Positions 15,865 to 25,637 of a DNA stretch of 64,000 nucleotides are shown piece by piece. The stretch comes from a virus. Both the position numbers and the translations under genes were made by a program. The DNA lies in the IMG/VR virus record IMGVR_UViG_3300045988_179664, positions 22,072-86,071 of that record. One strand, given 5' to 3'. The notes beneath the pieces are model-generated. The model searched no databases and was not told where the DNA came from. It saw only the letters and a list, made by a program, of their open reading frames with translations. Position 1 is the stretch's first letter. The number at the start of each line of letters is the position of its first letter.

Positions 15865-16965
15865 ATGACATTTCAAAAGGGTGTAAAATTTAGAATCTAC
15901 CCAAACCGGGAGCAGCGCAATCTGATTGACCGCACTCTCGGTTGCAGCAGACTCATTTACAATAAAGGTCTTGCCATGCGGGAGGACGCTTTCAAAGGTG
16001 GGGAAAAGTGCGGCTACAAGCAAACTTCTGCTATGCTGACAGCGCTCAAGCAGGATGTGAACTACGCGTTTCTCAAAGAGGTGGATTCCATTGCTTTGCA
16101 GCAAGCGCTGCGAAACCTTGATACCGGATACACAAACTTTTTTGAGCATAGGGCTGCACATCCAAAATTTAAGAATAAGAAAAGCTCTAAGCAGTCGTAT
16201 CATACGCTTAACATTGGTAACGGTATCCGTATTTCTAATAAGCGTATTCGCTTACCGAAAATTGGTTGGGTAAAAGTTCATCAGTCTATGGAGATTGGTG
16301 CAATTCACAACGCAACAGTAGTGCGTACAACCACCGGCAAATATTTTGTAGTTCTTAATGTGGAATATGACCCTCAGCCTATGCCAAACAACGGTTGTGT
16401 AGTAGGCATTGATGTTGGACTCAAAGAATTCTATTCCGATAGTAACGGTACTGTGGTTAATAACCCCAAATACTTGGAGAAGAAAGCCAAAAAACTTGCT
16501 CGCGAACAACGGCGTTTGGCTCGCAAACAGAAAGGCTCACATAATCGTGAAAAGCAGCGCATAAGAGTCGCTGCCACCCACGAAAAGATAGCTAATCAAC
16601 GAAACGATTTCCTTCAAAAACAGTCTACTATGCTGGTGCGTGAAAATCAAACTATCTGCATCGAAGACCTTAATGTAAAGGGAATGCTTCGCAATCATAA
16701 ACTTGCAAGAGCTATTTCCAGTGTTTCGTGGTCGTCTTTCTTTAACATGCTGGAGTACAAAGCCTATTGGTTCGGTTGTACAGTAATTCGTGTACCTACA
16801 TTCTATCCAAGCAGCCAAACATGCAGTTGCTGCGGTCATAAGAATGTGGCTGTTAAGAATCTCAGCATCCGAAAATGGGAATGCCCGTCTTGTCACACGG
16901 TTCATGACAGAGACAAGAACGCTGCCATTAACATTTTGCGTAAAGGGCTTGAAAAGTCCGCTTAA
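15865..16965 (+). CDS. tnpB: TnpB (IS605 OrfB family RNA-guided endonuclease).
   Basis: N-terminal FRIYPNREQ, RuvC-I GIDVGLK, zinc finger CSCCGH...CPSCH and RuvC-III DRDKNAAINILRKG. 366 aa. Confidence 0.85.
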   Translation: MTFQKGVKFRIYPNREQRNLIDRTLGCSRLIYNKGLAMREDAFKGGEKCGYKQTSAMLTALKQDVNYAFLKEVDSIALQQALRNLDTGYTNFFEHRAAHPKFKNKKSSKQSYHTLNIGNGIRISNKRIRLPKIGWVKVHQSMEIGAIHNATVVRTTTGKYFVVLNVEYDPQPMPNNGCVVGIDVGLKEFYSDSNGTVVNNPKYLEKKAKKLAREQRRLARKQKGSHNREKQRIRVAATHEKIANQRNDFLQKQSTMLVRENQTICIEDLNVKGMLRNHKLARAISSVSWSSFFNMLEYKAYWFGCTVIRVPTFYPSSQTCSCCGHKNVAVKNLSIRKWECPSCHTVHDRDKNAAINILRKGLEKSA

Positions 16966-17100
16966 ACTAATACATACCGTACCGTGGGACACACGGGAAG
17001 TAACGCCTGTCTGACATCGTGTAAGACGCAACAGCTTCGGTTGCTGTGCAGTGGTGGTTGATGCAGGAATCCCCCTGCTTTAGCCGTGGGGAGAATGTCA
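16850..17100 (+). ncRNA. Putative omega-RNA (right-end element RNA) of TnpB. The extent is a guess.
   Basis: By analogy with TnpB systems, the guide-scaffold RNA overlaps the 3-prime end of tnpB and the right end. Hairpins such as CCGTGGGACACACGGG lie downstream of the stop. Confidence 0.3.
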
Positions 17101-17751
17101 ACGAATACCGTATCCCATATCTTGTCGTACAAGTTTTATTTCCGAAGTGTTTTTCAGACTATCGGGGAACATCTCTTTAGCGTAATCCTGATAGCGTTTC
17201 GTAACATACTTTACACCGAGTTCTTCCGGTTTGATATCTGCTACAGTTTTTCTGATACGTTGATTCGATGCGCGAGAAGAACATTTCTTGCATAAGCAAA
17301 GCGCGACATTAGAAATGCCTTCATTCCCGCAGACGGCGCATTTTGCATGCGTCTTATCTCTGTCCCATTCCTTTATTTCTTTTCCGTTTTCCGGGTCTAT
17401 TACAAGGCGGTTGCGCTTACAGCGGCGCACATAGAACACGCTTTGGCAGCAGGCAACGCATAAGCCTAAATCTTTGCGGTAGTGAGAAGAGAGACCATCT
17501 GTGACTTCACCGCACAAAAGGCATTTATTTTGAGAAACAATATTCTTGTACTTATTAGCCTTGTTCTCTAATAGTTTTTTTATGATTTCGCCGGTCTTAT
17601 CGGGTTCAGGAGGATACGCATCCCATCCGTTTACAGGAAAAAAGCTGGAAAAGTCGTTCCATTCATCATCAGAAAACGAACAGCCGACAGGCTTGAGTAT
17701 CTTAGGAAGTTTATTGGACCATACTTTTTCTGCATTAGACTTCTTCGGCAT
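17098..17751 (-). CDS. Cys-rich zinc-finger protein of about 217 aa and unknown function.
   Basis: CLLCGE...CVACC and CAVCGNE...CLCKKC motifs. GGAGGAG RBS before the ATG at 17751. The stop codon abuts the IS right end. Confidence 0.45.
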   Translation of the reverse strand: MPKKSNAEKVWSNKLPKILKPVGCSFSDDEWNDFSSFFPVNGWDAYPPEPDKTGEIIKKLLENKANKYKNIVSQNKCLLCGEVTDGLSSHYRKDLGLCVACCQSVFYVRRCKRNRLVIDPENGKEIKEWDRDKTHAKCAVCGNEGISNVALCLCKKCSSRASNQRIRKTVADIKPEELGVKYVTKRYQDYAKEMFPDSLKNTSEIKLVRQDMGYGIR

Positions 17752-17782
17752 ACAGGCTCCTCCTTTGGAAGGAGTGACAGAA

Positions 17783-19207
17783 TCAATATTCTGCCACGAT
17801 GTTATCATCGGGTTTCTTCTTTATCAAAGAGTCCCCGAATCGATTTACATGTTCTTTCGGCGGTTCAATGACCTCGATGTCGGTATCCTCCACTTTTTCG
17901 ATTTCGTCAGAGGAATCGTCATCTTTTTCATTCTGAACCTTATCCGATGGATTGGTGATTTGTGCATCCTCTTTTGCAACATCTGAAAGCAAATCAAATG
18001 TCAACTGAGAATTTGAGGACGCTGGTTTCTTTTCTCTTTTCTTGGTTGTTTGGCGTTTTTTGGAAGTTCTTTTTGACTTTACAGGTTCATTGGAACCACC
18101 CTCGCTTGTTTTTGCACTTGCTGTGTTTGAATCAGCAACCGCATCCGCTGAAGCCTTATCCTTGTTTGTTTCTGTGGCGGGTTCCTGAACCTTTTTGTTT
18201 TTTGATAAATCATCTTTGTCGGATTGTTTTGATTCCAAAGCAGAAGACTCTTGTGCGTTTGAGCCTTGTTCTTCTTGCACTACAGATTCTTCCTTTATTG
18301 GAACCTTGGCAGTTCCCTTCTGCAAAAGGCCATCGATTGCTACAACGGCCTCAGACTTCTTTTCTTCGGACTCCGCCTTTTGTACTGCACGGCGAATCGC
18401 CTCAGTTTTTTCTTTCTTTTCTTTTTCTGCTGATGCGGTATTTTCGCTTTCCTTTATCTCAGCAGGCACATTCATGTCAGATTTCGAATTCCACCACTTC
18501 TCAATAGTAGTAATCGTTCTTTCTACTAATATTATACCACAAAATTTGTGGTTTGACAACTTGCGGCTCGGCACAAAGCATACAATACCGCACAGAGAAG
18601 CAACCAGTAAAACAATAGCAAGTCCTGCATCAAAAATAAAACAGATAAACGACACCGGAATCAGCAGCTCGCAGATACCGCGCATAATAAATACTGTTTT
18701 ATCTCCTTGGTCTTTTCGGTTTTGCATAAAACTGTCTCTCCCCTTCTGCGGGTGATAAGACAAACCACTTGACAAGCCGTTTGTTGCCCAATCACAAGGT
18801 ATCTCGTAAGTCTTTTCTCCTAAGCTGTCTGTGTACTGAATTACAGCAATATCAAAATACTCACCATTCTTCTGTGATGCCAAGAATGCACGTAAGAATT
18901 CATTTCCAACAGACCGCGCAGGAACAATAATCGTTTCGATGCCGTCAGAATCTTTTGCGGCGATATCTACTACATAGGTATCATCTTCACCGCGCCATAC
19001 GTTCTGCACAATACCGCGCACCAATATACCGCGCTTATGAACACGCCTTCCCATAAAAGTAAAGGAGTTTTCAGAATACCACGTGTTTACCATGCAATAC
19101 GCAGCAATAATAAGCAATGTAAGGTACTTAACATTTATGGTGATAATGCTTAAAGAAAAAATATACGGAACGAGCATCAGCAAGACGAATGATACAAAGC
19201 TATTCAC
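17783..19207 (-). CDS. Membrane protein of 474 aa with N-terminal TM segments, a second TM pair, and a long Lys/Glu/Ser-rich disordered C-terminal region.
   Basis: Long ORF with a GTG start at 19207 (or a downstream ATG). It is a paralogue of the next gene in the N-terminal domain (conserved KGIVV / RGIVQNV region). Confidence 0.45.
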   Translation of the reverse strand: MNSFVSFVLLMLVPYIFSLSIITINVKYLTLLIIAAYCMVNTWYSENSFTFMGRRVHKRGILVRGIVQNVWRGEDDTYVVDIAAKDSDGIETIIVPARSVGNEFLRAFLASQKNGEYFDIAVIQYTDSLGEKTYEIPCDWATNGLSSGLSYHPQKGRDSFMQNRKDQGDKTVFIMRGICELLIPVSFICFIFDAGLAIVLLVASLCGIVCFVPSRKLSNHKFCGIILVERTITTIEKWWNSKSDMNVPAEIKESENTASAEKEKKEKTEAIRRAVQKAESEEKKSEAVVAIDGLLQKGTAKVPIKEESVVQEEQGSNAQESSALESKQSDKDDLSKNKKVQEPATETNKDKASADAVADSNTASAKTSEGGSNEPVKSKRTSKKRQTTKKREKKPASSNSQLTFDLLSDVAKEDAQITNPSDKVQNEKDDDSSDEIEKVEDTDIEVIEPPKEHVNRFGDSLIKKKPDDNIVAEY

Positions 19208-19887
19208 TTTGAATCACCGCCTTCGCCAAATCCGTCCAAAAAGACAAGATTTTCTTTTGTGTGTTTCTTTTTTTGTTCAATAACTTCTTTTTCAGCTTCT
19301 TGTTTGACTTTATCGTACGCTTCCAACGGACTCATAGAAGGTACTGATTTCTGCGTATCAGCGGGGACAATAGTATCATCGTTTTTGACGGCTGTCGTTA
19401 CACGACTGCAGGTTACGAGATTTCTGTCATTAAACGCAGTTACGCCATCCTCATTTGATTTAAAAATAAAGTCATACATAGCACCAACGAAGAAAGAGTT
19501 TTTAACGTTTTTCTTTGATTCGTTGACGCTGAGGAAAAAATCGTATTTTCCGTTTTTGTCGATAAACTCTCCGTCCTCATTGACAGGGATGATTCGATAG
19601 GTTGAAATTTGCTGGCGAATCATATTTTTGCTGGACTCATCGGATACAACAATTCCCTTGACAGTCTTATACCGTTCATTTTTTTCATCATTATGAATCT
19701 CATAAATTTGAAAAATAAAATAAGCAGCGCACATCAAGCCGATAAGAAGAATCTTCCACTCCCGCATTACAACAACACCGAAAATAGAAGCAATCAAGAA
19801 CAGAATAGCGATAAGCCCATTCTTCACATACATAGATGTGATAAGAGATTTGCAATCCGGATGATAAATCTTAGACATTTTATTCAC
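19204..19887 (-). CDS. Membrane protein of 227 aa with two N-terminal TM segments and a soluble domain. Paralogous to the N-terminus of 17783-19207.
   Basis: ORF. TM helices [16 protein letters not shown] and [13 protein letters not shown]. Confidence 0.45.
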   Translation of the reverse strand: MNKMSKIYHPDCKSLITSMYVKNGLIAILFLIASIFGVVVMREWKILLIGLMCAAYFIFQIYEIHNDEKNERYKTVKGIVVSDESSKNMIRQQISTYRIIPVNEDGEFIDKNGKYDFFLSVNESKKNVKNSFFVGAMYDFIFKSNEDGVTAFNDRNLVTCSRVTTAVKNDDTIVPADTQKSVPSMSPLEAYDKVKQEAEKEVIEQKKKHTKENLVFLDGFGEGGDSK

Positions 19888-20866
19888 CGCCTTCTACGTT
19901 AGAATCTTTATCTGCGCTGTTTGTCGTACTGGCAGACTGTAAAATGCTTGCACCCTGCTCATTCAAAACATCCTCGATTGTCTTGTCGCGTAGTTTAATA
20001 CTGGACAAAACGACATCGTAAGACGCCCCGGACGAAGTAGTTACCCGTGCGATATATTGAATGGTCGTATCCCCCGCAAGCAATGCGCCATCTATTGTTT
20101 GCTTCTGACGATTTCCATCCTTATCTTCGGTCTCAACCACATACATATCCTGTGACGCTTTTTGTGCAGATATAGAAGACGTCATAACAATATCTCCGGC
20201 CTTCATATCAGAGGTCGCAAACTTGTTTACGATGGAACCTGTTCTATCCACAAAGAACACGGGGGTATCCTGCTGCATCTTCCCATCGCCATCTACAAAA
20301 TGCGAACCGCATAAGGATTCGTATTCGTTGACACTCAAAGTCTTATAGCTGAGTTCTGAATCCTCGATGGTATCCCCGGAAGGAATATCCACATTTACGA
20401 CAGCAACTTTATATTCTCCGGTAAGCTGTCCACTGATTTGGACCCAGTTTGTGTATACGAAGAAGCCAATAGCGATGGCGACAACGGCAACAATGAACAT
20501 TGCGATACCGATATTACGCTTGTTATTGTTTTTGATGATTTGTGCCTGTTCTAGGATTTCCTTACTGGCATGCTTAGTATCTTTAAGCGTCTGGTTTGCT
20601 TCATCCAGTGTATCGCTTGTCTTTGTAAGCACTTCGTAAGCTTTGGTCTCTCTATGGCCGACATTCACATTCAGCCCTTTTGCGCCATTGTTGTTGGCAG
20701 ACTTTGCGTTGTTGTATTCGGCGCGAAGCGTTTCCACAACGGAATCGTCAAGCGTCATCTGTTCCCCGTTAGGCAGAATTACCGTACCATCATCATAGAC
20801 ATCGAAAACACGTTCCTTGCCTTCATACATGGCGCGTACCTGACCGATAACATAATGTTCGTTCAT
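19880..20866 (-). CDS. Bitopic membrane protein of about 328 aa with a cytoplasmic N-domain, one TM segment and a roughly 200-aa extracytoplasmic domain.
   Basis: TM IGIAMFIVAVVAIAIGFFVYTNW. The start was taken at the ATG at 20866. The ORF-track GTG start at 20941 overlaps the upstream gene. Confidence 0.45.
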   Translation of the reverse strand: MNEHYVIGQVRAMYEGKERVFDVYDDGTVILPNGEQMTLDDSVVETLRAEYNNAKSANNNGAKGLNVNVGHRETKAYEVLTKTSDTLDEANQTLKDTKHASKEILEQAQIIKNNNKRNIGIAMFIVAVVAIAIGFFVYTNWVQISGQLTGEYKVAVVNVDIPSGDTIEDSELSYKTLSVNEYESLCGSHFVDGDGKMQQDTPVFFVDRTGSIVNKFATSDMKAGDIVMTSSISAQKASQDMYVVETEDKDGNRQKQTIDGALLAGDTTIQYIARVTTSSGASYDVVLSSIKLRDKTIEDVLNEQGASILQSASTTNSADKDSNVEGGE

Positions 20867-20880
20867 GTTTATCACATCCC

Positions 20881-21375
20881 TTATCTCTTGTACTTTTCGA
20901 ACACCTTGCGCGAAGGAGCTCTCGGGCCGCACATCTTGCACTTTTTACTCTGCTCAACATAATCAATGAGCATCTGACGTTCCCATTCAAGGTATTCGTC
21001 CATATTTTTTTTTTTCCATGAATCGAATTTTCCGTATGAAACACCGAGATAACTGGCGAATATGCTGACAGCATTCAGCATATAATCATTCGGGATTACA
21101 ACCCTTTTCCCGTCCAGATTGTAAGCATGTCCCGTAGTGATTTTATTTCTTGTCTGTCCTATCTTCATTCGCCTCGTTTCTGTGTTCTTCTTTACCTGAG
21201 TTTCTCTTCTTAGGGTACTGCAGGACTTGCAATATTGAGTATTTTTGGCGGTAGAATAAAAAATCCTGCCGCATTCCTTGCATTTGCGTTCGTACGTTAT
21301 GGTTTTAGGAGTTGTACTTTGTTTTTGGGTTTCTGTATGGTTGCTGTTTTCAGAAGTACAATGATTCCGAGCCAT
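20881..21375 (-). CDS. Zinc-ribbon protein of 164 aa (CKECGRIF...CKSC and CKMCG).
   Basis: ORF with AAGAGG RBS. Confidence 0.4.
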   Translation of the reverse strand: MARNHCTSENSNHTETQKQSTTPKTITYERKCKECGRIFYSTAKNTQYCKSCSTLRRETQVKKNTETRRMKIGQTRNKITTGHAYNLDGKRVVIPNDYMLNAVSIFASYLGVSYGKFDSWKKKNMDEYLEWERQMLIDYVEQSKKCKMCGPRAPSRKVFEKYKR

Positions 21376-21391
21376 AATCTGTACCTCTTAT

Positions 21392-22453
21392 TTAAACGCG
21401 AGCGTCAATCAGGCAATTCAGCAGCCCGTTCGCGTCACAGCCAAACAATAAGCATCCGAACACACCAATGGCATGTCCTTTTCTGGTAGAGAATGTTCCT
21501 GCCGTAACACCAAGATGCCCGGCAATCTGCTCATCTGTCCAGTTGTACTTTTTCCCCTCAATCATTGCAAGGATAACGTCATAATAACGTTGACCAAGCG
21601 GAAACTGTTTCATGATTTCGACAGCCCCTCGTATGAGTTTCACATACTCCACAATGAGATAGGCATCGCTTCTGTTTTTATCAGAAACTTTGATTTTACT
21701 CAAATCTTCGTACGAAGAAGACCCAAGCAGCTTCATGGCGGGGTCCTTTGACCGTGAGGCACGATACAGAATACGCGTGTATTCCGTAAGGAGCAGCGGA
21801 ACATTATGATAAAGGCTTGCTTCTTCTACCCCGTCCACATCACTGCTTGTCATCAGGATTTTATAATATTCCTTGATAACACTACCTGCTGTATTGTAAA
21901 CGGATTCAATGCACCGCTCGCAATACTTCATGATTTTGATGCGTCCATTCTTCGGAAGAACGGCAGGATTCAAAAAGCAATCAAACACCTCCCGCATGCT
22001 GGAACAATAATCGACTTCGTACAAGAGTTCTAACCGCGACTCCTCAATGGCGTCAAGAAGCATCTGACAACTTTCAAAGTATTCTTTGCGTTTCCTGAAA
22101 TGCAAAGACTCTTCCTCAATGTTCGGAGCCAGCCAGCTCTGAATACGGCGCAGACGGGAAATGGCTTCGACATCGCACATCTCATCGTCGTGAACGTTTT
22201 CACAGTTCTGCATCATGACATCAAGGTCTTGTGCCTGCATCATCCATTTGAGTGCCGGATACAATATCATCAGAACAGCCGCTTCTTTCAGTTCCGGCCG
22301 CTCTTCCACAACACGGTTTACGCACTTTGTCAGCACATAAGAATTGGGGATGTCTCCGCCAAAACTTCTACGCAGAACAATGTTGTCCTGCATAATAGCA
22401 TCGAGCAATGCGTAAAGCTGCTGTTCTTGGGCTTTATTCAATGCTTCGGACAA
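21392..22453 (-). CDS. Putative regulator of 353 aa with a C-terminal sigma-70 region-4-like helix-turn-helix.
   Basis: YNWTDEQIAGHLGVTAGTFSTRKGHAIGVF resembles a sigma region 4 / LuxR-type HTH. Confidence 0.45.
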   Translation of the reverse strand: MSEALNKAQEQQLYALLDAIMQDNIVLRRSFGGDIPNSYVLTKCVNRVVEERPELKEAAVLMILYPALKWMMQAQDLDVMMQNCENVHDDEMCDVEAISRLRRIQSWLAPNIEEESLHFRKRKEYFESCQMLLDAIEESRLELLYEVDYCSSMREVFDCFLNPAVLPKNGRIKIMKYCERCIESVYNTAGSVIKEYYKILMTSSDVDGVEEASLYHNVPLLLTEYTRILYRASRSKDPAMKLLGSSSYEDLSKIKVSDKNRSDAYLIVEYVKLIRGAVEIMKQFPLGQRYYDVILAMIEGKKYNWTDEQIAGHLGVTAGTFSTRKGHAIGVFGCLLFGCDANGLLNCLIDARV

Positions 22454-22893
22454 TTTGCCTTCCCTCCTTTCGCAAGATTCGTTTCAATATGAATATGCGT
22501 GTTATCATGTACGGTTTCGGACAAAAGGCCACTATAATGGAACATGACCTTGTACTTCTTTGCGCTACAGGCATATTTGAGTCGTGCCCAAAGGTCTTTG
22601 TTATGACTGGGCTCAGTATCGCCGTCCTCTACGCCAAAAGAAGCACCAGTACGCGCAATCGCATTATCGCTGCTGAATACGACAATCTGAGACCCTGTTG
22701 GCAAACCGATGTTCTCGATAATGCGGCAGAGCTCTGCCAATTTCAGCCTTGTATAACCAATTGGAGTAGCCATAAAATAAGTATCCTTCTGTCTATCCGA
22801 CTTGGCGGAAGGATTTACGACAAAACTGTGAACGCACACCTCCCCATTCAGTTCCGGCGTTTTGACGATATCAAGATAAATAATAGCGGCCAT
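22438..22893 (-). CDS. RNase H-like protein of 151 aa.
   Basis: Size and motif spacing resemble RNase HI: IIYLD ... LKLAEL ... VVFSSDNAI ... KDLWARLKYA ... HDN. Confidence 0.4.
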   Translation of the reverse strand: MAAIIYLDIVKTPELNGEVCVHSFVVNPSAKSDRQKDTYFMATPIGYTRLKLAELCRIIENIGLPTGSQIVVFSSDNAIARTGASFGVEDGDTEPSHNKDLWARLKYACSAKKYKVMFHYSGLLSETVHDNTHIHIETNLAKGGKANCPKH

Positions 22894-22936
22894 AAATCGC
22901 TCCCCCTAATGTACAGTAATTGACTTTTTCGCGTTT

Positions 22937-22972
22937 TTGTGGTATTATATAAGTGCAGTAAAGGTATAATTT
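22937..22972 (+). promoter_or_regulatory. Plus-strand class-1 promoter with TTGACT, 17-nt spacer and TGTGG-TATTAT.
   Basis: TTGACTttttcgcgtttttgTGGTATTAT lies about 75 nt upstream of the XRE gene. Confidence 0.5.
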
Positions 22973-23047
22973 ATATTACCGGTTACAAAGATTGTTGTTT
23001 TCGGTAATTATATAAACTTGTCTGTTAAACCAAGCAGGAGGGAAATT

Positions 23048-23710
23048 ATGAGTAACAATATCAACAACAACCACGAATCGGTAGAGAATATCTTCAATGC
23101 TTTCTTGATGGGAAGTAAAATGAACACTGCTTCCAAGCAAGAACGGGCAAAAATTGTAGATACCTTTATGGAACAGGCAAAATCTTGCTTTGTTGACACG
23201 GAGAATACCGTGAAATATCTGAATGTTCTGATGGAACGGACGAGACTCCGTTATGGGTTTACCGCTGATGAATTTGCAGCAATGTTGGGATACAGCAGCA
23301 CTGCCGCTTACAACAAGACATTCATGCAACCAAATGCAAATTTTGGAACTGTAGTATTTCCTTATGTGGTTCAGTTTTGCTATCTGTTTGGCTATAATTT
23401 GTCAATTCCTGATTCCGTGTCTGCTCCGCAAACAGTGGCAGACCTATACTCTTTGGAACTGGCTTCTTTTCTGATTTCTCTTGGCCCCGATGCAATGGAT
23501 GATATTTCAAGAACATTGGTCGGTGCCGAATACCTTGACCCGAATTTAAGAAAAACAAGTTCTCAAATACTTTCAAAGGCAAAGAAATACTTTTATGGTA
23601 ATGATGGTGAAGCGTTACCCAATGAAGTTCAGTACCGCAACAGATTAGATAACGCTGAGAATAAGATTAAGCGTCTCGATAAAATAGAGAAAGCCAATCA
23701 CGACAAATGA
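23048..23710 (+). CDS. XRE-family helix-turn-helix regulator of about 220 aa.
   Basis: HTH YGFTADEFAAMLGYSSTAAY. GGAGGGA RBS before the ATG at 23048. Transcribed away from the leftward genes. Confidence 0.55.
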   Translation: MSNNINNNHESVENIFNAFLMGSKMNTASKQERAKIVDTFMEQAKSCFVDTENTVKYLNVLMERTRLRYGFTADEFAAMLGYSSTAAYNKTFMQPNANFGTVVFPYVVQFCYLFGYNLSIPDSVSAPQTVADLYSLELASFLISLGPDAMDDISRTLVGAEYLDPNLRKTSSQILSKAKKYFYGNDGEALPNEVQYRNRLDNAENKIKRLDKIEKANHDK

Positions 23711-24175
23711 TTAGCCACCAAACATGTCGGCTAACTGTAATGCAAGCATCGCTTCTTCTGAAATAGGAGGCGGTGCTTCTTCTATTTTGGAAGTTGTGTT
23801 GATGGTTTGTGTGTCTGTAATGTTTTGGGGGGAGTAATTTGAAGCTGGCGCAGCTACCGCAATCCCGTTTTTCTGAATGCTGCTTGTCACTGCATCTACA
23901 ATCTGAGGGATACAGCTTCTGATTTCTTCTGCTATTGTGTTTTGCAGTTCCTCTTTTAAGATGGACTGCGCTTCTTGCATCTCATGTTGTTTTGTAGCCT
24001 TGTCGATTATAGCATTTACAACCGCATCGGTTTTTCCGCCCCGTTGCAAACTGTTCAGATAATCATATACAAGTACATGATTGTCTTTGCTTAAATCAAA
24101 AACAAGTGTGGTTCGTACCGTCGTGCCAACGGTCTCTTTTTCTGTTTCATTCTTTTTGGGACGTCCACGCGGCAT
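23711..24175 (-). CDS. ParR-like DNA-binding adaptor of 154 aa, possibly ribbon-helix-helix.
   Basis: Basic N-terminus MPRGRPKK. A predicted beta-strand VRTTLVFDL. Located immediately downstream of the ParM-like gene. Confidence 0.4.
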   Translation of the reverse strand: MPRGRPKKNETEKETVGTTVRTTLVFDLSKDNHVLVYDYLNSLQRGGKTDAVVNAIIDKATKQHEMQEAQSILKEELQNTIAEEIRSCIPQIVDAVTSSIQKNGIAVAAPASNYSPQNITDTQTINTTSKIEEAPPPISEEAMLALQLADMFGG

Positions 24176-24208
24176 TCAGTGCTCACCACGCTTTCGAAAA
24201 CGGTGCTC

Positions 24209-25168
24209 TTAAATTTCACCGCTCATGGTCAGCTTTGCACGAGCCATGATTTCATATCCTTTTGCATTTGCGGTTACATCCGTCAAGAAGAAAAGGTTCT
24301 TGGTGTCAATGGCTCGCTCGATGCTTTCGCGCATCATAGCAGAACCACCGCCCATAAAGATGAAATAGGATGTTTTGAAGTCGTCCTTGATTTTTTCGGA
24401 AATCGTACGAATCAATGCTGTTGCATAATTGTCTGCGGTTTCCTTGGCAATTTTCACGGCGTTTTCATCGACCAGCATGTTGTTGTTCCCTGCAAGGATT
24501 GCCTCAGCCATGTAGTCATCGACCGACAAGGAACAATGGACACGCAGCTCGCTCTCGACAGTGCTCAGGAGTTCAATGACTCCACGGTCATAGCTTTCGC
24601 AGAAAGAAAGGTCCGGAGCATAAGTGTTGCCACGACCAGAGAAACGAATCACATCCGTGGTATACCCGCCGATGTCTACGACATAAGAACGGGGATAGCG
24701 CTTGATTTCCTTCTGAATCTCGCTTGCTGCCGTAATAGAAAAGCCCTGAGGATAGACAAAGACATGCTTGACAGTAATCTCAAACGGGATATCTTTGTAC
24801 ATGAAATTGATGAGTTTCCCGCTTTTGCCGAAATACTCATCATACTTCGCTTTCAGGGACATATGCTGCGGGGGCAAGCCCATCGCGAGGCATACATCGT
24901 ATTTGTAGAATTTCTGATTGGGATACTTCTTTATAAGGTTCTTTGCTACGGCAATCAGCGTCAGCAAAAAGTAAGTATCATCCTTCGTCTTATCCTGCTG
25001 ATAAGGCGTGCGGCTGTCATTGAGAGAATAATACTTCCCCATATAGCACATCGTCTCTCCCTTGATAGCCGGTTCAGTCGTACCGTGACGAACAAGACCA
25101 GTGGGAAACGGCTCACAGCCAGGCGTCTTCATTGCCTTGTTTCCGGTATCTACTCCAATAATCTCCAT
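24209..25168 (-). CDS. ParM/StbA-family actin-like ATPase, a type II partition protein.
   Basis: Phosphate-1 IGVDTGN, phosphate-2 VVDIGGYTTDV and adenosine motif FIFMGGGSAMM. GGAGGA RBS before the ATG at 25168 (MEIIGVDTGNK). The ORF-track N-terminal extension is an artefact. Confidence 0.75.
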   Translation of the reverse strand: MEIIGVDTGNKAMKTPGCEPFPTGLVRHGTTEPAIKGETMCYMGKYYSLNDSRTPYQQDKTKDDTYFLLTLIAVAKNLIKKYPNQKFYKYDVCLAMGLPPQHMSLKAKYDEYFGKSGKLINFMYKDIPFEITVKHVFVYPQGFSITAASEIQKEIKRYPRSYVVDIGGYTTDVIRFSGRGNTYAPDLSFCESYDRGVIELLSTVESELRVHCSLSVDDYMAEAILAGNNNMLVDENAVKIAKETADNYATALIRTISEKIKDDFKTSYFIFMGGGSAMMRESIERAIDTKNLFFLTDVTANAKGYEIMARAKLTMSGEI

Positions 25169-25406
25169 AAAAAATCCTCCGAACGAGTCGCAATATAGTT
25201 GAAAGTACGAATTTTGGGATACTCTGCGTGATAAAATATAAGTGTCTACCAGATAACAATGGGACTCACTGACTGATGTATAGCGGTTGTTAAAACGGAA
25301 AGAACAACTAATATACAACTGCCTGTTGTTATCATGATACCACACATGCAGTTGTCCAGCAACGAACTTTTGTTCGCATAGACAACAAAAAAGAAAGGAG
25401 TTATTT

Positions 25407-25637
25407 ATGCCATCCACCTTTGATACCATGGTAGGAAAGCGAATCAAAAAGCAACGAATGGAAATCAATTACAGCCAAGAACAGTTGGCGGCAAGCACGA
25501 ATTGTTCCTATCGCTGCATCCAAAAATGGGAGTCAGGAAAGACGATGCCGCGAGCGCAGATGCTATGTAATTTAGCAAAAGCCTTACATGTTTCGTCTGA
25601 CTGGCTGCTGGGTATTTCCAATGACAGGAACGGTTAA
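25407..25637 (+). CDS. XRE/Cro-like HTH regulator of 76 aa.
   Basis: RIKKQRMEINYSQEQLAASTNCSYRCIQKWESGKTMP is a classic HTH_3. AAAGGAG RBS. Confidence 0.7.
   Translation: MPSTFDTMVGKRIKKQRMEINYSQEQLAASTNCSYRCIQKWESGKTMPRAQMLCNLAKALHVSSDWLLGISNDRNG

Larger units (their letters stand above)
15725..17103 (+). mobile_element. IS200/IS605-family insertion sequence carrying only tnpB (IS1341-like). Boundaries are approximate.
   Basis: The tnpB ORF is flanked by similar 28-nt subterminal sequences, CCCCTTGTTTTAGCTATGGGAATAT at 15733 and CCCCCTGCTTTAGCCGTGGGGAGAAT at 17077. These are direct copies, not inverted repeats, as expected for this family. Confidence 0.65.
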
